Shown here: positions 38,938 to 46,465 of the stretch, piece after piece
Numbering within the stretch: position 1 is the stretch's first letter
Layout: every line of letters begins with the position of its first letter
Virus record (IMG/VR): IMGVR_UViG_3300021976_000010
Location: 12,975 to 76,974 of that record
DNA: 64,000 nucleotides
Direction: 5' to 3' (one strand)
Source: a virus
Position numbers and translations under genes: made by a program
The notes under the pieces: generated by a model
What the model saw: only the letters and a program-made list of their open reading frames with translations
What the model was told of the DNA's origin: nothing
Databases searched by the model: none

Positions 38938-39908
38938 AAGAGGTCGCGCTGTTCTCGTGCAATTGGCCGGCTCAGTCAGGGCCTGCCACCTATACCGCCG
39001 AGCTGTATCGCGGGCTCAAGCTCGCTGGGTATACACCCGTCATCTATCGCGTGCGGGATCACGACGAGCAGAAGTTCCGCGCGTATGGTCACTATCGCGA
39101 CGTCACGTACAAAATTGTGTCCCCCGCTTCTGCCTTCGGAATTATCAAGCGCATGCCATCGCTTCTCGTGTCGTCTTGCAATCCGAAGGACTTCAACAAG
39201 GAGGTTCTGCGCGAGATGCTCAAGCGGGGGATGCGCGTGGTGATACATGACCCACGCGAGGAGGAGAACTTTGCCTATGGGGTGCCCGAGCGGCCCATCA
39301 TCATACGACCAGCGGTGAAGAAGCACTTCAAGGACGCGGTGTTCATCCCGCACCCGTACACGCCGCGGAACGTGCAGAACGAGGGCAAGCATATCGCCAC
39401 CTCCACTGCTCGCACCACGTTCATCAAGCGTACCACGATGATTCTCGAGGCTAATCGCGTTCTCAAGCGCGCGCGGCTTGGCACCGTACAGATCATGGGA
39501 GCCGAGAATCGCATGTACGTTCACCACGTGCTGCGAGTCAAGTTTCCAGAGTACAAGTCGCCGCCGTTTCAGTGGTTCGACAAGGGAGCCGAGGTCGCCG
39601 CGCTAGGTCGCTTCAACGTCGACTTCACGGGTGTGAAGGCGGACGGCGGTGGAACGCAGTACACAACGCTTGAGGCCTGGGATGCCGGCTCTATTCCCAT
39701 CATCCATGAAGACTGGATGCGCTTCAAGGGCGAAATGGAGCCGGGCAAGAACTGCTATGCCGTGGACGGCGCGAAGGGCTTGGCGGAGTTGCTACAGCAC
39801 GGCGAAAAGAAGTATAATGCAGCGATGGTGAAGCGCGGGCGCGAGGGCCTCACCATTCACGACAGTCGCACCATAGCGCGTAGAACAATGAAAGAGGTCA
39901 CACGATGA
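38934..39908 (+). CDS. GT-B fold glycosyltransferase, paralog 2
   Basis: VIHDP.E, HPY, STAR...KR and DGGGTQY..LEA..AG motifs; colinear with the upstream gene. Confidence 0.75.
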   Translation: MKEVALFSCNWPAQSGPATYTAELYRGLKLAGYTPVIYRVRDHDEQKFRAYGHYRDVTYKIVSPASAFGIIKRMPSLLVSSCNPKDFNKEVLREMLKRGMRVVIHDPREEENFAYGVPERPIIIRPAVKKHFKDAVFIPHPYTPRNVQNEGKHIATSTARTTFIKRTTMILEANRVLKRARLGTVQIMGAENRMYVHHVLRVKFPEYKSPPFQWFDKGAEVAALGRFNVDFTGVKADGGGTQYTTLEAWDAGSIPIIHEDWMRFKGEMEPGKNCYAVDGAKGLAELLQHGEKKYNAAMVKRGREGLTIHDSRTIARRTMKEVTR

Positions 39909-40942
39909 AGTATCCAAGGCAAGAGCCGCCGAACGCGGTGCAGATCGAGCTCGTCGAGGGCTGCAATCTGCGCTGCGCAGTGTGCGGGCTGAACGGCATT
40001 CGTGGCAAGGCCAACGACTACAAGGCCATGGAAACCGCCACGCTCAAGTCCGCTATCGAGCAGATGGTTGCGCTCGACTGGAATCCACGCATCGAGTTTG
40101 CCATGCACGGCGAGCCCTCGATGCACCCGGATTTCAACGCGATGGTAAGAGTCGCGCGCGAGGTGGGTCCGCGCTTCCAGATCATGATGACATCGAACGG
40201 CGGCGGCTTCTTGAGTAAGCCCGGGCCGCTCGCAAAGGTGAGGGGCTTCTTCGAGGCCGGGGGCAACGTGCTTGCGTTCGACGACTATGAGAACGCCAAT
40301 CTCGTACCAAAGATTCGCAAGGCACTGGAGCCCTACACGGAACAGGCGATAGACTCGGCCTGCGCCGCGATACTCTCGTTCAAGGGTGGTCCGGCTGTTG
40401 ATGTCTACGAATATCCACAGATGAGGGAGGGTAATCCTCACACGCGCGGCCACGTGAGCGAGAGTAGGCTCGTGTTCATCCAAGACCTGATCACCGCCAG
40501 CAAGGGCACACATTCCCACGTGAACAATCACGCGGGCGCGGGCGGGCCGCCGAACGAGAAGGGGCAGGGCAAGCGGTGTGCGAAACCGTTCCGAGAGCTG
40601 AGCATTCGCTGGGACGGCAACGTCGCGGTGTGCTGCAACGATTGGCGCGGCATCTACCAGTGCGGCAACGTAGTCAAGGACGGGCTCGACGCGGTGTGGA
40701 ACGGCAGGGCCATGGGTGCAGCGCGCGTGAAACTGTATCACCGCGAACGCGACTTCGGCCCGTGCGAGGGCTGCGACGCGCTCAGCACGCGAGTTGGCCT
40801 GCTTCCCGACAAGCTGGGGAAAGAGGAAATGCCGAAGCCTGACGCTGGCGTCAAGCGCGATATCGCGGCGGCCTTGGCCAAGGGGCCGTTCACCAAACCC
40901 GTGCTCCGACCGTGGGAGGTGACCAGTGGTAAATCGAAGTGA
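39905..40942 (+). CDS. Radical SAM enzyme with SPASM/twitch-like C-terminal domain
   Basis: CNLRCAVC, HGEP, TSNG and C..PF......DG.V..CC.D...C..C motifs. Confidence 0.92.
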   Translation: MKYPRQEPPNAVQIELVEGCNLRCAVCGLNGIRGKANDYKAMETATLKSAIEQMVALDWNPRIEFAMHGEPSMHPDFNAMVRVAREVGPRFQIMMTSNGGGFLSKPGPLAKVRGFFEAGGNVLAFDDYENANLVPKIRKALEPYTEQAIDSACAAILSFKGGPAVDVYEYPQMREGNPHTRGHVSESRLVFIQDLITASKGTHSHVNNHAGAGGPPNEKGQGKRCAKPFRELSIRWDGNVAVCCNDWRGIYQCGNVVKDGLDAVWNGRAMGAARVKLYHRERDFGPCEGCDALSTRVGLLPDKLGKEEMPKPDAGVKRDIAAALAKGPFTKPVLRPWEVTSGKSK

Positions 40943-41282
40943 GACCAGCGATACCCGAGTGGTCTACGGGTTCTTCTGCTCGTGGTGGGGCGGCATCGAG
41001 GAGATTGGCAGGCACCACACTGCCAAGGAGGGAGATCCACACCCGCTGCCCGGGTGTCCGCACTGTCGCAACGGATTGTTGCAAGTGGACAGCGCCGAGG
41101 TGTGGTGGACCGGCGTCGAGAAGGTGAACGCTAAAACACCGGGCTACAAGGACTTCATCTCGTGGCTCAAGGGCAAGTGCTACCGCGACGAGGGCGGCGT
41201 GTCTGGCTTCAGACGCGCGCTCGCCGCGTATAACGAGAATGAGGCCAATCGGCCCGGTCGCGTGAAGGTGGTGCTGCCATGA
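40926..41282 (+). CDS. Cys-containing hypothetical protein
   Basis: CSWW and LPGCPHC motifs; overlaps both neighbours. Confidence 0.55.
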   Translation: MVNRSETSDTRVVYGFFCSWWGGIEEIGRHHTAKEGDPHPLPGCPHCRNGLLQVDSAEVWWTGVEKVNAKTPGYKDFISWLKGKCYRDEGGVSGFRRALAAYNENEANRPGRVKVVLP

Positions 41283-41533
41283 GTATGAGCTTCTACGAGG
41301 GCAAGGTCGTCGAGTTCATGTACATCAACCATCGCGGCGTCGAGGAGATTCGTCGCGTGGTGCCGCGCTACATATTCCACGGGAACTCCAAGTGGCACCC
41401 GATGGAGCCGAAGCAGTGGTTTCTCGTGGCAACCTGCCTCGACCGGCAGGCTGACCGGCACTTCAAGTTCTCGGCCGACAACATGAAGGGCTGGGATATC
41501 AGCGAAGATCAGACCCTGCCGTGGAGGGCGTGA
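41279..41533 (+). CDS. Stand-alone WYL-like domain protein
   Basis: F.Y.N.RG...RRV.P..I......W....WFL.A.C.DR...R.F pattern. Confidence 0.7.
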   Translation: MSMSFYEGKVVEFMYINHRGVEEIRRVVPRYIFHGNSKWHPMEPKQWFLVATCLDRQADRHFKFSADNMKGWDISEDQTLPWRA

Positions 41534-41536
41534 TGA

Positions 41537-41854
41537 ATGGCAAAGAAGGTAGTCGCAAAGAAGAAATCCGCAGTGTCGGCAAAGAAGGCCGCCCCAAAGG
41601 CCGCCACATCACGCTCTGGGTCCTCGACGACCCAGTCACGACCTACACCACGAGCAGCCGCGTCCTCGCCGGAAAAGATATCTACGAAGAGTTTATCCGC
41701 CGAAACAATGAGCACGTGGCACAAGAGCGTCGCGCGCGCAGCCGGGCAAATCTCCTTGACACTGTCTCGGCGGCGTCGCTCCGCAACATTCGTTGATGAT
41801 CTGCTGGAGCTGCTCGCTCCAGTAGTGGAAGAAATGCGCACGTATCAACAATAG
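41537..41854 (+). CDS. Small basic protein (Lys/Ala-rich N-terminus)
   Basis: MAKKVVAKKK start; GGAGG upstream. Confidence 0.55.
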   Translation: MAKKVVAKKKSAVSAKKAAPKAATSRSGSSTTQSRPTPRAAASSPEKISTKSLSAETMSTWHKSVARAAGQISLTLSRRRRSATFVDDLLELLAPVVEEMRTYQQ

Positions 41855-41864
41855 GGAGGCCATC

Positions 41865-42098
41865 ATGGCTGGAAGCTACGGACATGTTACGAACGCTGAC
41901 GGAACCTATCGCGGAGTTGCTCTGCTCGAGAACATGGGCGACATGCACGAGGCGGTCGAGGAGATGTGGTTCATGATCCATAACCTCGCTGGCGGCGATC
42001 AGACGAAGATCAAGGCAGCGAGCGACGCATATTTCATGTGTCTGCGCGGGGAGACGCCTTGGCCGGTAGCCATGTTGGAGACGAAGAGCAATGAGTAA
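41865..42098 (+). CDS. Hypothetical protein
   Basis: GGGAGG RBS. Confidence 0.6.
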   Translation: MAGSYGHVTNADGTYRGVALLENMGDMHEAVEEMWFMIHNLAGGDQTKIKAASDAYFMCLRGETPWPVAMLETKSNE

Positions 42099-42351
42099 CA
42101 TCGGGCTCACCGAGTGGGAAGTCGAAGAGATACGCAGGGAGGCGGCGGCAAGCGAAATGAACATCATCACGATCTACCTCAAGGGAAACTACGCGCGGCT
42201 CGGGCCGCATAGTGGTGCAGACTGGGACAGGGGCTATCTCGCCAACGAGACCAACGTCGCTGTCACAATAGCCGACAACGAGTACGGGCTCAATCAACGA
42301 TGCTACATGCGCAACGACATCGCACGAATCGAGCACACCGGGCACTGGTGA
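42091..42351 (+). CDS. Hypothetical protein
   Basis: Overlaps the upstream gene. Confidence 0.5.
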   Translation: MSNIGLTEWEVEEIRREAAASEMNIITIYLKGNYARLGPHSGADWDRGYLANETNVAVTIADNEYGLNQRCYMRNDIARIEHTGHW

Positions 42352-42398
42352 CGCTCGCAGTCGGTTATACAAAGTTATACACAGGCGCGCACCGGGGC

Positions 42399-42427
42399 TT
42401 GTTCTGGTGCGGCCTGTGCGGGAGAAT
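42399..42427 (+). promoter_or_regulatory. Conserved phage promoter motif upstream of the UDG-like / hydroxymethylase operon
   Basis: TTGTTC-TGGTGCGGCCTGTGCGG-GAGAAT; shares the 14-mer GGGGCTTGTTCTGG with position 27554. Confidence 0.6.
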
Positions 42428-42456
42428 AGGGCTTCACAAGCGAACAGGGTATATCC

Positions 42457-42903
42457 ATGCGTCCAGTATTGATTGGGATGAACAATCCAGTGAGCAGCGA
42501 GCCGGAGCACGCGCTGTTCCCGTATCCAGAGGGCTGCACCGGGCACCGTCTTCTAGCGATGCTTCAATCGCGCGTTCCGAAGGCCACTCGTCGCGAGTAT
42601 TGCGCGCGGTTCGACCGGCGCAACGTGGTCAGCGCCAAGGTGTTCGACAGCAAGATGGCGCAGAAAGGAGCGGCAGACCTGTTCAATGAGTTCTTCGGCT
42701 CTGGACGCACGGTCGTTCTGCTCGGGGCTGACACCGTGGCGGCATTCGGCATCCCCCGGCTGCTGATTCACCCGCAGATGATCGGGGGAGCCACGTATCG
42801 GCAGATACCACACCCGAGCGGGCGCAATCTTTGGTACAACGTTGACGAGAACAAGGTGCTCGTCTCAATGCTCTTGGAGGATCTCTACAATGGCGCAGTC
42901 TGA
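42457..42903 (+). CDS. Uracil-DNA glycosylase superfamily protein
   Basis: LIG.NNP (motif A-like), TG.RL, RRN, VVLLG..V..AF and PHPSGRN.WYN (motif B). Confidence 0.72.
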   Translation: MRPVLIGMNNPVSSEPEHALFPYPEGCTGHRLLAMLQSRVPKATRREYCARFDRRNVVSAKVFDSKMAQKGAADLFNEFFGSGRTVVLLGADTVAAFGIPRLLIHPQMIGGATYRQIPHPSGRNLWYNVDENKVLVSMLLEDLYNGAV

Positions 42904-43222
42904 TGATGAATGTTCGTGCATCGGTGAACTGGAACAGCTCCATCTTGCTGACCAGTACGCCGAGCAGGTTGCCTGCGAATTCGTAGAGACTTTTGGTGGA
43001 GTGTGCCCATCGATGCTGGACTACGTGACCGAGAGAATCATTGCTCGACTCGTGCACGTGGCCGTCATGAATCGCGACGAGAACCTGATCGTCAGCGAGC
43101 GCAAGACGCTCGATGCGACAGCCGACTATATCTTCAGGCTCAGCAAGACTGCACCGGCTACCCTGAAGATTATCATGGACGATGCAGCACGAAAAGGAGA
43201 ACCGGCGAATGCGAGTAATTGA
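42890..43222 (+). CDS. Hypothetical protein
   Basis: GGAGG RBS; overlaps both neighbours. Confidence 0.55.
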   Translation: MAQSDDECSCIGELEQLHLADQYAEQVACEFVETFGGVCPSMLDYVTERIIARLVHVAVMNRDENLIVSERKTLDATADYIFRLSKTAPATLKIIMDDAARKGEPANASN

Positions 43223-44291
43223 AGTCGAAGACGTGAACGAGGCGTACTGGCGAGGTATGAACATACTGCGCACGGATGGTATCGACGAGGACAGCCGCAA
43301 CGGGCCGGTTCGCGTTATGCCTGAGCCGGTGACCACGGTGTACCGCAAGCCGCGTCAGCGCGTGCTTTTCGACATGAAGCGTGCGGCCAATCCGTTCTTC
43401 CACCTGTTCGAGTCGCTGTGGATGCTGGCCGGTCGTGACGACGTGGGAGCGTTGAACCGCTACATCACCGACTTCGGCACGCGCTTCGCCGAGTCCGACG
43501 GCACTGTTCACGGCGCATACGGGCACCGCTGGCGCAAGGCGTTCGGCTTCGACCAGCTCGACGCCATCGTCGCGCGGTTGCGCGCCAATCCGCGAGACCG
43601 GCAATGTGTTCTGCAGATGTGGGACGCGCGGATGGAGGACGGTTCTGACGCTGGGACTGACTACTTTGGTGAGAACGATCTGCTCGGCGTCTGGAAGGAC
43701 AGGCCGTGCAATACGCAGGTCTACTTCCGCGTTCGCGAGAATGCACCGGAGGAGAAATGGGCGGCGGGCGGCGCAGTGCCAGAGCCAGTACTCGACATGA
43801 TGGTCACGTGTCGCAGCAACGACATTGTCTACGGTGCATACGGCGCGAACGCGGTGCACTTCAGTATCCTTCAGGAGTACATGGCAGGTCGCATCGGCGT
43901 GCGCGTCGGGAACATGGAACAGGTCTCGTTCAACTACCATGCCTATCACGACGTTCTCGCGCGCGTGGGGTGCCCCGCGTATCTCGAGACCTACACCGGG
44001 CATAAGCTGAAGGCGCTCCCGATCGGGAACGCCTGGGAAGCGTGGGACGCTGATCTCATGTATTTCATGTCGTGGCACAAGACCATGACCGAGACCGGCG
44101 TCACCGAGGCTGGCACATATATCAACAAGTGGTTCAAGTTCACAGCTGAGCCGCTGTTCATTGCTCACTACAAGTGGAAGAGCGCCATGCACAAGGAGGC
44201 GAAGACAATGGCGCAGCTCATCGAGTCCGAAGACTGGCGCTTCGCGGCGCTCATGTGGTTCGAGACTCGTACGAATGCGAGGAGCCGATGA
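43209..44291 (+). CDS. Thymidylate synthase-like enzyme, probable dUMP hydroxymethylase
   Basis: GAYG.RWR, RQ.VL.MWD, PCN, RSNDIVYGAYGANAVHFS and NYHAY motifs; Asn at the dUMP-specificity position. Confidence 0.85.
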   Translation: MRVIEVEDVNEAYWRGMNILRTDGIDEDSRNGPVRVMPEPVTTVYRKPRQRVLFDMKRAANPFFHLFESLWMLAGRDDVGALNRYITDFGTRFAESDGTVHGAYGHRWRKAFGFDQLDAIVARLRANPRDRQCVLQMWDARMEDGSDAGTDYFGENDLLGVWKDRPCNTQVYFRVRENAPEEKWAAGGAVPEPVLDMMVTCRSNDIVYGAYGANAVHFSILQEYMAGRIGVRVGNMEQVSFNYHAYHDVLARVGCPAYLETYTGHKLKALPIGNAWEAWDADLMYFMSWHKTMTETGVTEAGTYINKWFKFTAEPLFIAHYKWKSAMHKEAKTMAQLIESEDWRFAALMWFETRTNARSR

Positions 44292-44860
44292 ATCTCGCGG
44301 AAGACCCACGCGCGGCGGGCGAGATCCGTCGCTATCACACATGGGCCGTGCACTCCGACCAGACTGTCGGGCTGCACACGTGGCAGATACTGCGCATTCT
44401 GCTGACGGTGTGGCCGAACTGCCCTCGCAACGTGATAGTGTACGGCATCATTCACGACGCCGGTGAGATGAGTGGTGACATTCAGTATCCATTCAAGATC
44501 CTGTTTCCTGAACTGCGAGCCGGCGCCGACAAGGCCGAGAATCACGTCCGCGACATGCAGAGAAAGGGCATCGGCGCACCACCAGAACCACACCCGCTGT
44601 CAGTCTTCGAGAAAGCGGTGTTCAAGTGCTGTGATAACCTCGACATGTGGGAATATGGCCTGCGCGAAATGAACATGGGCAACCTGTACGCCGGTATCAT
44701 CGTCGAGCGAATGGCGGCGGCGGTTGCCGAGAACGTGTCGTCGATCAGCGGCATGTTCAACTCTAACAATCGTCAGGCCCTCCAGAATCCTGACGTCAAC
44801 GCGAACATCCACAAGTACATGCAAACCCGTTTGAAAATGGAGACTATCGATGGCAAGTGA
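44288..44860 (+). CDS. HD-domain deoxynucleotidase (YfbR-like)
   Basis: RRYHT, TV..H.W, HD..E...GDI.YP.K and K..D..D motifs. Confidence 0.85.
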   Translation: MNLAEDPRAAGEIRRYHTWAVHSDQTVGLHTWQILRILLTVWPNCPRNVIVYGIIHDAGEMSGDIQYPFKILFPELRAGADKAENHVRDMQRKGIGAPPEPHPLSVFEKAVFKCCDNLDMWEYGLREMNMGNLYAGIIVERMAAAVAENVSSISGMFNSNNRQALQNPDVNANIHKYMQTRLKMETIDGK

Positions 44861-46283
44861 CGACATGAACCACATGGAACATCTCGAGAGCGTGGCGCTC
44901 TCAGACTGTGCAGTGCTGCAATCGAAGGAGGCGACCTATCAAGGGTCGTGGAAGCGAGCGGGTGGCGTCAGCGCGTGGTTCATGGCACGGCGCAATCTCG
45001 ATCGGTTGATAACGATGATGGCGCCGAAACAGTTTCCGGATCATATCACGACGCAGCAGAACGTCATGGATACGCTGAGTGCCGTGGACAACATCGTTCA
45101 CTACGCTGGTAACGTGCGCGGCCTGCCCGGTAGCATCGAGGCCACGCGTCAGATCCTCGCGATGCTCGGTGATCGCTTCACTGCCAATGACATCTTCGCC
45201 AAGATCAGAGCGAACCCGGGCGGCGAAGATGGCACCGTGCTCGCCATTGTCCGAGACGCGCGGCGCTACTTCATGCTCGTCGAGGCTGAGATGATCGCCG
45301 AGGGCGTCGTAGAGCCCGAGTCCAAGACGTACGAGCAAGAGGCCAATGTCTACGTCACACCGGAGACGGACATCTACCAACTCATCGCGGACGAGAAGAG
45401 CATACCGCGCGAGGAGGTCAAGCGACTCATCCACGAGCTGTTCTACAATACACCGCCGGCTCCCCCGCCTCCTCTTACCACTCCAATCGACGTCACAATT
45501 TGCGTTGCGGTGGGTAATGACGGTGAGCCTGCTCACGAGTACGTGTTTCAGAAATGTACGAGTGTGAGTCTGGACAGTGAACCGGGCAAGCTTCGTGTCT
45601 CGATCACACCGCAGCGATCGTTAGGCGGGGGATACGCAGTGGAACAGGCCGCGCGTCACAAGGAGGGACCGCCGTGGCTCGATAAGATTGGCGGACGGCT
45701 ACAAATTGGTGACTTGTGCACGTGGATGCGGCCTGAGGATGGTGCCACGTTCGTCGTCGAGCTTCACGCTGTGGAAGGGGGCCTGCCCGTGGTGAAGGGT
45801 GAGCCAGCGGTGCCAGCAGAGGGGCGCAGGCTGTCGAGCTGGTCGCAGCTACGCTATGCGGTAGAGAACAAGCGTCGAAGGTTCTTCGCTGACGGTGGTA
45901 GTCAGCACTCGTCGATGATACCGTGGGAGATCCCGGGGTCTTATCACGAGACGATCAAGGCTCGCATCGGCGACGAGATCGATCTGTGGTGGAGGCAGAT
46001 GACACCCGGCATGTGGCGTCTGTATCCAGTTGTTCTGACGCGAAGCATACCGCGGGAACTACGGGACATCTTCGAACTTGCGCCTGGAATCAGCAGCACT
46101 TGGGTTCTACGTCTCAGCCTTCTACCGCCCGGCTTGCGTGATGAGTTCCCACGCATACAGGTCGAGATGAATGACAAGGAGTATGATCTGTCGCCATCCG
46201 ATTTCAAGTTCATGTATCGGCGCGTCGGTGACAAGTGGGTCGTACGCGACGAGTACCGCGAAGAATGGGGTGTCGAGGCGTGA
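44850..46283 (+). CDS. Nucleotide-modification-associated (MazG-like) domain fused to a long uncharacterised C-terminus
   Basis: N-terminal K...Y..SWK..GG..A.....R..DRL and D.RRY..L.EAE motifs. Confidence 0.6.
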   Translation: MASDDMNHMEHLESVALSDCAVLQSKEATYQGSWKRAGGVSAWFMARRNLDRLITMMAPKQFPDHITTQQNVMDTLSAVDNIVHYAGNVRGLPGSIEATRQILAMLGDRFTANDIFAKIRANPGGEDGTVLAIVRDARRYFMLVEAEMIAEGVVEPESKTYEQEANVYVTPETDIYQLIADEKSIPREEVKRLIHELFYNTPPAPPPPLTTPIDVTICVAVGNDGEPAHEYVFQKCTSVSLDSEPGKLRVSITPQRSLGGGYAVEQAARHKEGPPWLDKIGGRLQIGDLCTWMRPEDGATFVVELHAVEGGLPVVKGEPAVPAEGRRLSSWSQLRYAVENKRRRFFADGGSQHSSMIPWEIPGSYHETIKARIGDEIDLWWRQMTPGMWRLYPVVLTRSIPRELRDIFELAPGISSTWVLRLSLLPPGLRDEFPRIQVEMNDKEYDLSPSDFKFMYRRVGDKWVVRDEYREEWGVEA

Positions 46284-46465
46284 CACAGGTCATATTCGCA
46301 TGGCTCTACTACGGCACGGCGGTCTTTTTCCTGCTCGTCGTGCCGTACTTCGTCTATGAAAAGAACGGGAGCCAGACAGCGGCCTTGCTCTCGTTCTTTG
46401 TTGTTCTTCTGATATCGCTGCAATACTATCAAGCACTGAGAAAGTTGATATGGTCAAGTCTGTAA
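46280..46465 (+). CDS. Small two-TM membrane protein
   Basis: GTGA overlap; two hydrophobic segments. Confidence 0.45.
   Translation: MTQVIFAWLYYGTAVFFLLVVPYFVYEKNGSQTAALLSFFVVLLISLQYYQALRKLIWSSL

Noticed and set aside
39905-40942. Radical SAM enzyme as QueE of a 7-deazaguanine pathway
   Set aside because: No FolE, QueD, QueC or DpdA-like genes are visible, and it carries a SPASM/twitch-like C-terminus that QueE lacks.
43209-44291. dCMP hydroxymethylase (hmC pathway)
   Set aside because: The residue after RSND...G is Asn (GAYGAN), which indicates dUMP rather than the Asp of dCMP-specific enzymes. An ordinary thymidylate synthase cannot be fully excluded.
44288-44860. HD hydrolase as DatZ of a 2-aminoadenine (Z-genome) system
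   Set aside because: No PurZ/adenylosuccinate synthetase-like gene is in the window, and the neighbouring genes point to pyrimidine modification.
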